28,333 bases of DNA from positions 53,034 through 81,366 of the forward strand of contig CAZHPN010000003.1 in assembly GCA_964534375.1 (NCBI GenBank), written 5' to 3'. Under the pieces are notes generated by a model. It searched no databases and had not been told where the DNA came from. It saw only the letters and a program-made list of their open reading frames with translations. Positions 16,381 to 24,198 of the stretch are shown here, piece after piece; the stretch's first letter is position 1, and each line of letters begins with the position of its first letter. A program made the position numbers and the translations under genes. Source of the DNA: an uncultured bacterium. Its GTDB lineage: Bacteria > Lernaellota > Lernaellaia > Lernaellales > Lernaellaceae.

Positions 16381-17091
16381 GTGAACCTGTCGATCGTGGC
16401 GCCGACGTGCCTGAATGAAAAAAGCCTTCCCGGGCTCCTGGAGGCTCTGGAGACCTTCACCTTGATGTCGCCTTTCGGCGTACAGGTGCTCATCGTCGAC
16501 GACGGGACCTCGGAGCGCGTCGGCCGCTGGCTGGCCGAAGAGAGCGGCCTGCGCCCATGGCTGACCGTATTGCGCGTGCCGCCCGGCGGCGGGCTGGGCG
16601 CCGCATTGAAGACCGGCGCGGCGCAGGCGGCGTATCCGCTCGTCGCCTGGGTCGCCTCCGCCGGCGATCGCCTCGAGGATCTGTGGGAAATGCGCCGGCG
16701 CTTGCTCGACGGCGCGGATCTGGCGCTGGCCAGCCGCGCGGCGACCGGCGGCGGTTACGGCCGCCGACCCAGCCTGCAGTCGTGGGGCAGCTGGCTTTTC
16801 TCGCGCGTCGTTCGTCGCCTCCTGGATTTGCCCGCGGCCGACTGCACCAATTGTTATCGGGCGTTTCGCAAGGACGCGTTTGCCGAACTCTCGCTGCTGC
16901 AAGACGATTTTACCGTCGGTTTGGAAATGCTGCTCAAGGCGCACGCCGCCGGCTGGCGGATCGAAGAGACGCCGACCGTCAACCCCCGCCGCAACGAACG
17001 CGTAGGTTTTTTCGAACTCTGGCGGATGGGCGCGGCCTGCGTGCAGCTCATCGGCCGGTCGTTCCTGACGCGGCTTTCCGGCGCGCGGTGA
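16381..17091 (+). CDS. Glycosyltransferase family 2 (polyprenol-phosphate sugar synthase-like), degenerate motifs
   Basis: LSIVAP..NE, VLIVDDG, GLGAALKTG, ADLALASR, DCTNCYRAFR, GWRIEETP. Start set at GTG 16381 where similarity begins; the ORF-track extension to 16099 runs through the DnaA boxes. Confidence 0.8.
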   Translation: MNLSIVAPTCLNEKSLPGLLEALETFTLMSPFGVQVLIVDDGTSERVGRWLAEESGLRPWLTVLRVPPGGGLGAALKTGAAQAAYPLVAWVASAGDRLEDLWEMRRRLLDGADLALASRAATGGGYGRRPSLQSWGSWLFSRVVRRLLDLPAADCTNCYRAFRKDAFAELSLLQDDFTVGLEMLLKAHAAGWRIEETPTVNPRRNERVGFFELWRMGAACVQLIGRSFLTRLSGAR

Positions 17092-17319
17092 GCGAATTCC
17101 GTGACTTTAAAAAGAAAGGTCCGGCGCCGCAGGTTTTTTGTTGAACGCGGCACTTGCGGCGCCGGCGCGATATGGGGTCCCGGCAGAAGCCGGGCTTGGG
17201 GGCTGTTTTTCAAAGTGCGGTCGGGCTTCCGATGAGGGCGGCCATGGCGCTGTTCGCCCGCCTTCCATGGCGCCGCTGCGATCCTTCTCACCCGTCCCCG
17301 TTCTCAACGAACAAAGGTT

Positions 17320-17520
17320 TAGCATGGTGAAAAACAAAAATCAAGCTTTTTTTCAATAGGTTACAAAAAAAACTTAAAGTAAATGGTTATGGAAACGTAA
17401 CGCATTGAATTCATGATAGATTTTAGTCGTTCTACTTTGTTAGACGCACGATTTTTTCATGTTTTGTTTTATAAATTGGGCAAGTAGATCACGAAACCTA
17501 GAAATCGAATCTACCTTTCC
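17320..17520. other. AT-rich non-coding island between convergent genes
   Basis: Hand count 40 G+C in 140 bp for 17341-17480 (about 29%), far below the flanking genes; A/T tracts and three IHF-like sites. Confidence 0.75.
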
Positions 17521-17743
17521 GATGGTCGATTTCGCGGATTCCGACCGTTGACGCATAAAAAAGCAGAATTCAACGCTAGCGCGCGGCTGTTATCGGCAAC
17601 CGGCGCACATGCCGAGCGGCGGCGCGGTTCGCTTACGTAAACCTGCGGCTTTGCGCCCCGCCGGCCGGAAGAAGCTGTGCGGCTTCTTCCAAGCGTCGTC
17701 GTCGGCGCGGCCGGCGCGATCTGCAAGGCGGCAAAATCGGCTG

Positions 17744-18955
17744 CTACGGCGCGAGAATGATCGGCTTGCCGCTGTGCAAATCGGCCACGGTGACGGCCTG
17801 GTGCTTCGTCTGCCCTCCGGGGAAGGTGACGACGAGCATGGCGACGACGCGATCGGCCGGCCCGGACGCCGGCGTCTCCGTCGCGTACATCGCTGGCGGC
17901 GTGAACGTCAGTTGCGGCTGGCCCGCGACCTTCGCCACGGTCAGCGGCCCGGCGAGGTCCTTGGCGGCGAGCGGCGCGCGCCGCCGGAAGCCCTCGGCGA
18001 CGATCCGCTGGCCGTCGACGCGCAACAACTCCAGCCATTCGTAATAGTTGACGGTGAGTTCGGGGATGAGCGCTTCGTCCAGCCGCCGGAAACGCTCGGC
18101 CGCGTCGCGGCTGACGTCGTCGCTCGCCCAGAGGAAGGCCAGGTCGACCTGCAACTTCTCGTCGATCCGCGCGTGGATGATGGGGATCAGCCGTCCGCCC
18201 ATGCGGCGCGTGAAATCCGCCGCGCCGTCCGCCGGCATCGTCGCCAGCAGCCGATCGACGGCCGCGCCGTCAAACGCCGCGGCGGCGCCCAGCGGCAGCA
18301 GCTTGCCGTCTTCCTTTTTCGCGCTGGCCGCGACCTTGAACGGTTGGCCGAAGTTGTCTTCGCCGACCGTCCACGAAACGGTGCGGCCCTCTTTGCGCGC
18401 CGCCGGCGCGACTTGCTCGGGCGTCTCGGGCAGCGTCAGGCGCAGCGTGAAGCCGCCGGGCGATTTCAGTTTGCCTTCGCCGTTCTGGTCGCCGTTTTCC
18501 GGCTTTTCATAAAACCGTCCGAGCCGCGTCAGTTTTTCCATGTCAAGCCGCTCCGCCGCCGCCGTCAAGCCGACCACGGCTTTGCCGGGCGCCGGTTTGA
18601 CGGTCAAACCCAACAGGTCGAGAAAGCGCGCCAGGCGTTCCGCGTTGGCGAACAGGTAGCGGCGCACGATGCGCACATGGTCGCCGGCGGGCTGCACGGC
18701 GATGTCGATCACTTCCATGTCGCCGATCAACGTCGCATCCTGATCGGCCAATTGGGCCAATTCTTTTTCCGCCTGCGCCGGCGACGCGCCGACGGAAGAC
18801 AGGCGCATCGTAAGCGCGGCGGCCGGCATCGAGACGGTGTGGATCAACAGCGCGGCCCCCGACGGCAGCAGTTTGACGTGCACTTCGGTCTCGTAGCAGC
18901 CGGCGGCGACCAACGCGATCAAGGCGACGGCGAGCGGCAACAAACGGCGTTTCAT
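17744..18955 (-). CDS. Hypothetical lipoprotein, LppM/DUF3153-like
   Basis: Lipobox VAAG-C followed by YETEVHVKLLPSGAA beta-hairpin; FTLRLTLP...GRTVSW motif; GGGGG SD; 9 bp from the upstream paralog. Confidence 0.7.
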   Translation of the reverse strand: MKRRLLPLAVALIALVAAGCYETEVHVKLLPSGAALLIHTVSMPAAALTMRLSSVGASPAQAEKELAQLADQDATLIGDMEVIDIAVQPAGDHVRIVRRYLFANAERLARFLDLLGLTVKPAPGKAVVGLTAAAERLDMEKLTRLGRFYEKPENGDQNGEGKLKSPGGFTLRLTLPETPEQVAPAARKEGRTVSWTVGEDNFGQPFKVAASAKKEDGKLLPLGAAAAFDGAAVDRLLATMPADGAADFTRRMGGRLIPIIHARIDEKLQVDLAFLWASDDVSRDAAERFRRLDEALIPELTVNYYEWLELLRVDGQRIVAEGFRRRAPLAAKDLAGPLTVAKVAGQPQLTFTPPAMYATETPASGPADRVVAMLVVTFPGGQTKHQAVTVADLHSGKPIILAP

Positions 18956-18964
18956 GGCGTCCCC

Positions 18965-20293
18965 CTACTTGCCGGGCGTCGTGCGGACGATCAACGTCGC
19001 GCCGTCGGCCAGATTTTCACCGGTGAGTTCCAGGGTCACTTCGTTGGCGCCCGTAATCTTGCCGTTCGCGCCCGTGACCGGATCCGGAACGACCAGAACT
19101 ACTTTCCCCATGATCGCGGCCGCGGTCTTCGGCGACCCGCCGGGCGGCAATGGCGGCAATTGGACCGTGTACACGCGGTCGGCGCCGTCCTGCTTCACGG
19201 CGACGACGCCCTCGAGCAGCGTCAGCGGCAGTTCGCCGTGGCGCGTGCGCACGAACGCCAAACCGTCTCGGCCGTCCGGCGCTTTGACCTTGTTCACTTC
19301 CAGCTTGTAATTGCCCGCGGCTTCCGGCAACAAGGCGTCGAACATCGCCTCGCGGCCGGCGAAGAACGCGACGGTCGGGCCGAAATAGGCGCGCGTCGTC
19401 TGCCACCGGACCTTGCCGCCCTTGGCGATCGCGACGTTCACGGCGAACGTCGAGTCGGCGATCGCTTGATCGCCCGCCTGCCGCACGGCCTCGCGCTCCT
19501 GCCGCTGGGCCATCACCTGTTGCAGTTGACGGTATTGCGGCGACGGCTGAACAAACGCCGCGGCCTTCGCTGCGGCGAGCTGGTCGGCCGTCAACGGCTG
19601 GCCGGCGAACCGCGCCTCGAAGGTCTGTTTGGCGATAACCGCGTTCAACTGGCCGGAGAATTCGGCCGAGCCGTCGGTCGGCAATTGCGCCTGAATCGGC
19701 GAATCCTTGGGCAGCGGCGAGGTCTCGCGAGCCGGCGCGGGGCCGACGAGCACGATTTTGAACGAACCGACGTTGGCGCCCACGGCGTCCGCGCCCTTTG
19801 GCGCGCCGCCTTCGGCGGGGGTCTCGGGTTTCTTGGGCGCGCCGTCGGTGTTGGTCTCGAACCCGATCGTCCACACGGTGACCGCCGGCGCTTTCTTCTT
19901 CCGCGGTTTTTCGACGGCGGCGGCAAACGTCATCTTTGGCTTTTTCGACGCGACGGCGAACGCGTTCCATTTCTCCACCGAGTCGAAGGCGTACAAGACG
20001 GAAACCCGCGCCGTGTCGGCGTCCGCCCATTCGCCGTGGACATCGAGCAGCCGCACGCCTTGAACCCCCGCCAGCTCCTGGAGGGCCTTTTGCAACGCGT
20101 CGGCAAGCAGTTCGTCGTAGTTGGCAAAACCACCCTGGCTCAGCGCGAAATCGAGCAGATTCTTCTTGATCTCCACGCGTTCGAGGTAGGTTCCCGAACC
20201 GTCCTGAAAAATTTGCGCGCGCGTCTCCAGGTTGAGGCAGCCGACGGCGAGCGCGGCCAGGCCCAGAAAAATAAAAAGGTGCATCCTGCGCAT
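18965..20293 (-). CDS. Hypothetical lipoprotein, LppM/DUF3153-like
   Basis: ATG at 20293 after AAGGAG; lipobox LAVG-C then LNLETRAQIFQDGSGTY; C-terminal VVPDPVTGANG...NEVTLEL. Confidence 0.72.
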   Translation of the reverse strand: MRRMHLFIFLGLAALAVGCLNLETRAQIFQDGSGTYLERVEIKKNLLDFALSQGGFANYDELLADALQKALQELAGVQGVRLLDVHGEWADADTARVSVLYAFDSVEKWNAFAVASKKPKMTFAAAVEKPRKKKAPAVTVWTIGFETNTDGAPKKPETPAEGGAPKGADAVGANVGSFKIVLVGPAPARETSPLPKDSPIQAQLPTDGSAEFSGQLNAVIAKQTFEARFAGQPLTADQLAAAKAAAFVQPSPQYRQLQQVMAQRQEREAVRQAGDQAIADSTFAVNVAIAKGGKVRWQTTRAYFGPTVAFFAGREAMFDALLPEAAGNYKLEVNKVKAPDGRDGLAFVRTRHGELPLTLLEGVVAVKQDGADRVYTVQLPPLPPGGSPKTAAAIMGKVVLVVPDPVTGANGKITGANEVTLELTGENLADGATLIVRTTPGK

Positions 20294-20422
20294 ACAGTTT
20301 CTCCTTCGCGCAAGCAACGAAATTCGCTACAAGATAAGACCGGACCACATGATAGCCGGATTTTCGGCGGCGTACAGGGGAAGAGCGCACGTTTTTTCGC
20401 TCGCGTTGAGGAGCGAAAGCGG

Positions 20423-20504
20423 GAATGTAGAATGTTGAATGGCGAATGGGGAAACGTGCGGCGCCGCCAATTCTTCATTCTCCATTCGCTATTCTCGATT
20501 CTGC
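20423..20504. repeat. Inverted pair of 7-bp tandem arrays
   Basis: GAATGTA GAATGTT GAATGGC GAATGGG (20423-20450) facing ATTCTTC ATTCTCC ATTCGCT ATTCTCG ATTCTGC (20470-20504). Confidence 0.85.
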
Positions 20505-20609
20505 GAAGCCGAACCGTTTCCGCCCGCAAGCCCCGCAACTGCCCATTTTGTTTGCGGTTTTGCCGCATGTCTGGTAGGGTGTCGGCGTAGACATCGCCTG
20601 GGGGAACAA

Positions 20610-23108
20610 ATGCGCCGGCTGTTGATTCTTGCCTGCATCGTGTGCCTCGCCGCCTGCGCCGGATCGAACCGGCCCGCCGAACATGCCGCCGCCGCGCAGC
20701 CCGCGTCGCGCGCCGCCGGCGCCGGGCCGCCCGTGCCGACGGCGACCGCCTTGCAGCGCGCGGGCGATCTGGGCGACGGCTCGATCGTCATGGTCAACGG
20801 CCGGGCGATTTCGCCGGTCGGAACGATGCGGCACGTGCTCGATTTCCCGAGCAAGATGCTGCTGCTGCCGAACCGGAATTTGGCGATTTCCTCGTTGATC
20901 GACGCGGGCGTGACGTTGATCGACGGTTCGACGTTCGCCGAAATCACGCATTTCACGCAGACCAACGCGTTCCAAGGCCTGGCCGTCAACGCGGCCGGCG
21001 ACAAGCTGTGGGTCAGCGGCGGCTACGACGAAAAAGTCTACGAGTACGACATCTCGACCGGCTCGGCCGTGCTCATCGGCACGCTGGGCAGCGATCTGAT
21101 TCCCGCGGGCATCGCCTTGACGCCCGACGAAACGAAACTGCTGGTCTGCGATTCGTACGGCTCGTCCGTGCGGATTTACGACCTCGCCACGGGCGCCGTC
21201 GACAAGTTCGCGCCGGCCGACGTTTATCCCTACGATGTGCGCGTCTCGGCCGACGGCACGGAAGCGTATGTCTCCAACTGGGGCTCGTCGTCGATCACGA
21301 TCATCGACGTCGCCGCCGGCCAGCGCCTCGCCGACGTCGCGACGGGCATGCATCCGGAAGGGCTCGCGCTCTCGCCCGACGGCTCGCGGCTTTACGTCGC
21401 GAACGCCGACGGCGATTCCGTGACTGTCGTCGACGTCGCGCAACGTGCGGCGATCGGCGAATATGACATTTTCGAAGGCGACGCGGTGACCGGCGCCACG
21501 CCGGTCGATCTCGCCGTTTCCGGCGACGGCGCCACGCTTTATGCCGCCGCGGCGGGCCTGAACGCCGTCGTCGTGCTCGATGCCGCCGCGGGCACGATCG
21601 AGGGCATGATCCCCGCGGGCTATTACCCGAGCGCCGTGGCGCTGGACGCCGCGCAAAACGTGCTGTACGTCGCCAACGGCAAGGGCGGCGGCATCCCCGG
21701 CGGCGCGCCGAGCGAAGGCGTCGATATGAGCGGCACGCTGCAGAAGATCGACCTGCCCAACGCCGCGCAGCTCGCGACCTGGACCGCGGCGGCCAACGCC
21801 AACCTGACGCGCACGTCGCTGTTTTGGCAATCGATGAATTTCAGCAGCCCGATTCCGACGCAACGCGGCCAGCATTCGCAGCAGATCAAGCACGTTGTGT
21901 TCATCATGAAGGAAAACAAGACCTTCGACGAAGTCTTCGGCGACATGGCGGGCACGGACCACGACCCGTCGCTGGTCGAGTTCGGCGCGCAATATACGCC
22001 GAACGCGCACCGGCTGGCCCAGGAATTCACGATCGCCGACAACTACTATTCCGAGGCGAACACGAGCGCGCAGGGCCACATGTGGTCGGTCTTGATGTAT
22101 TCCAACGACTACAACGAGAAGGCGTGGGCGTCGAACGGCCGCCAGGTGCTGTCGAATCTCGAGCCGGCGTCGCAGAGCGACAAGGGCGACATCTTCGAGA
22201 ACCTGTTGAAGCACAACGTGCCGTTCCGCGTGTACGGCCAGGTGTTGGCGATGGGCGACGTGGCCACGATCGCGCCGTATATGGATTTCAAATATGGCTT
22301 TTTCAATCAGGATATCGCCGACCAGACCAAGGCGAAAGAAATCATTCGCGAATGGGATTCCGGCGTCTGGCCCGAGTTCGTTTACATCAGCCTGCCGGAC
22401 GACCACAGCTACGGCACCGATCCGGGCGAGCCGACGCCCCAATTCATGGTCGGCGACAACGACGCGGCGTACGGGCAGTTGATCGAATACATCACCCACA
22501 GCGCGAACTGGAGCGACACGGTGGTCTTCGTCATCGAAGACGACCCGCAGGGAGGCGCCGATCACGTCGACGCGCACCGCAGCCCGTGCACGGTGATTTC
22601 GCCGTGGGCCAAACACGGCTACGTCTCGAGCGTGTTGTATTCGATGTCGTCGGTCTGGATGACGATCGAAATGATTCTCGGGCTGCCCCCGTTGACGACC
22701 TACGACGAGCACACCAGCCCGATGTACGACGTCTTTACGATGACCCCGGATTACACGTCGCTGTACACCGCCGTCCCCAATCCGACGCCGCTCGCCTACA
22801 ACACGAGCGCCGCGCCGTTCGCCGACTATTCGAGCCGGCAGATGTGGACCGCGCCCGATCAGGTGCGGCGCCTGGGCGAAATCCTCTGGGCGGTCATGCG
22901 GCCCGGCGAAACCTGGCCGGCGCGCTTCTCGATCGATTCGTACCCTGGCAACGCCGGCGACGCCGACGACGCGGTCAATCCGGTCGCTTATTTCAACGCC
23001 CTGCACGCGTTGGAACATTACGCCCTCGCGCACCGCTTGTGGGACGGAAAGCGCCTGCCGACGATTCGGGAGCAGGCCGCGGCGGCGCCGATGGCGACGG
23101 TTCCGTAG
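20610..23108 (+). CDS. Lipoprotein: YVTN/YncE beta-propeller fused to phosphoesterase (alkaline phosphatase superfamily, phospholipase C-like) domain
   Basis: ATG 20610, lipobox LAA-C; repeats YVSNWGSSSITIID and LSPDGSRLYVANADGDSVTVVD; catalytic-domain motifs IKHVVFIMKENKTFD, SAQGH, LPDDH, EDDPQGGADHVDAHRS, VISPWAK. Confidence 0.9.
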   Translation: MRRLLILACIVCLAACAGSNRPAEHAAAAQPASRAAGAGPPVPTATALQRAGDLGDGSIVMVNGRAISPVGTMRHVLDFPSKMLLLPNRNLAISSLIDAGVTLIDGSTFAEITHFTQTNAFQGLAVNAAGDKLWVSGGYDEKVYEYDISTGSAVLIGTLGSDLIPAGIALTPDETKLLVCDSYGSSVRIYDLATGAVDKFAPADVYPYDVRVSADGTEAYVSNWGSSSITIIDVAAGQRLADVATGMHPEGLALSPDGSRLYVANADGDSVTVVDVAQRAAIGEYDIFEGDAVTGATPVDLAVSGDGATLYAAAAGLNAVVVLDAAAGTIEGMIPAGYYPSAVALDAAQNVLYVANGKGGGIPGGAPSEGVDMSGTLQKIDLPNAAQLATWTAAANANLTRTSLFWQSMNFSSPIPTQRGQHSQQIKHVVFIMKENKTFDEVFGDMAGTDHDPSLVEFGAQYTPNAHRLAQEFTIADNYYSEANTSAQGHMWSVLMYSNDYNEKAWASNGRQVLSNLEPASQSDKGDIFENLLKHNVPFRVYGQVLAMGDVATIAPYMDFKYGFFNQDIADQTKAKEIIREWDSGVWPEFVYISLPDDHSYGTDPGEPTPQFMVGDNDAAYGQLIEYITHSANWSDTVVFVIEDDPQGGADHVDAHRSPCTVISPWAKHGYVSSVLYSMSSVWMTIEMILGLPPLTTYDEHTSPMYDVFTMTPDYTSLYTAVPNPTPLAYNTSAAPFADYSSRQMWTAPDQVRRLGEILWAVMRPGETWPARFSIDSYPGNAGDADDAVNPVAYFNALHALEHYALAHRLWDGKRLPTIREQAAAAPMATVP

Positions 23109-23283
23109 GAAATCCGCCCCGCGACGACGCCGGCAAGGGCCTCGATACGCCGCTGGCAACTGCTTGCGCGAGGAACCGGAAACAGCGCCGCCGTCGCCCC
23201 GGCCGCCGTCCCAAAGCTTGCGTCGGCTGGCGAGTTCGGCTACCGTACCCGCGGCAAATCGCTAACTCCGGAAGGGCGCGACA

Positions 23284-23934
23284 ATGCGACGATTGGCGTG
23301 GCTGTTCTTGTTGGCGGCGGTCTGCGCCGGTCTGGCCGATTGCGGCGGCTGCGGGCGCCGGAACGCGCCGGCGAAACCGGTGCGCTTCGCCGACGGCTTC
23401 GCGACCACGGACGACCTGGCGCGCGCGTATCTCGACGCCATCGAAAAGAAAGATCCCGATCTGCTGCAACGCGTGATGCTCTCCGCCGACGACCTCGCCG
23501 CCGTGCAGAAGGGCGCCGGCAAGCAAGTCTGGCAAGCGTACTTCATGATCGCGAAGCGCGCCTTCATGGATAAAAACAAACCCTATCTCGGGCAAAAACT
23601 CACCTTCACCGGTTTCGACCCGGGCACGGTCATCATGGAACGCGGCGCCGTACAGCTTTACCGGGGCGCCGCCGTGCGCTTCAGGACGCCGGACGGCAAA
23701 GACGGATCCAGCGAAATCAACTTCGTCATGGCCGCCGGCGGCACGTTCAAGATTTTCGGTCTCCGCTATCTCACGGAGGAATTGCAGCGCCGCGGCGTGA
23801 TGAAGAACTTCGCGCCGTTCGACGGCGAAGCGAAGTTCAAGGGCGTGGGCGACGAGCAGGACCTGAACCTCAAGATCAAGAAGCTGCCCAAGACCGGCGA
23901 AGATCCGGCGCCGGAGCAACCGCCGGGCCAGTGA
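23284..23934 (+). CDS. Hypothetical exported/lipoprotein
   Basis: Signal peptide MRRLAWLFLLAAVCAGLAD-CGGC; host-like codon usage; no family recognised. Confidence 0.75.
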   Translation: MRRLAWLFLLAAVCAGLADCGGCGRRNAPAKPVRFADGFATTDDLARAYLDAIEKKDPDLLQRVMLSADDLAAVQKGAGKQVWQAYFMIAKRAFMDKNKPYLGQKLTFTGFDPGTVIMERGAVQLYRGAAVRFRTPDGKDGSSEINFVMAAGGTFKIFGLRYLTEELQRRGVMKNFAPFDGEAKFKGVGDEQDLNLKIKKLPKTGEDPAPEQPPGQ

Positions 23935-24079
23935 TTGCTCGTTTTTTTGCAGTCGGACGCGACCAAAATCCGCGATTGAACACTTGCAAAATTTGCGCTC
24001 CGGTTGTTTCGGCATTGCCCGACGGATTTTTGCTTGTTTGCGTGCGCGGCGCTGCGGTCACCGAAAAGGTTTTCGTCGA

Positions 24080-24119
24080 ATCTCGCCAAGCGCGCCCAGG
24101 GCTGCGCGTTTGGCGAGAT
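24080..24119. repeat. Intergenic hairpin, 16-bp stem (REP-like)
   Basis: ATCTCGCCAAGCGCGC-ccagggct-GCGCGTTTGGCGAGAT, one G:T pair. Confidence 0.65.
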
Positions 24120-24198
24120 AAAGCGCTCAATCGCAGATTTCGGGAAGCGGCAGCATGGTTGACAGCGAACCGCCGTTAGGTAGACATTACCGTTCATC

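Noticed and set aside
17107..17359. Small ORFs 17107-17337 (-) and 17138-17359 (+)
   Set aside because: No SD, atypical codon usage and no motif; treated as non-coding.
17478..17560. c-di-GMP-I riboswitch-like words (GGGCAA...GAAA...GACGCA)
   Set aside because: Spacing and pairing do not fit the P2/P3 layout and there is no downstream same-strand gene.
20439..20609. ORF-track start of the phosphoesterase at 20439
   Set aside because: The extension crosses the heptamer arrays; the signal peptide begins at ATG 20610.
17609..23159. 993-aa (+) and 894-aa (-) ORFs, also 24214-25482 (-)
   Set aside because: Arg/Gly-rich translations with no motifs, mirroring opposite-strand genes that have signal peptides and recognisable domains.
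23154..23170. Sigma54 promoter-like TGGCAACTGCTTGC
   Set aside because: GG-to-GC spacing is 9 bp rather than the required 10.
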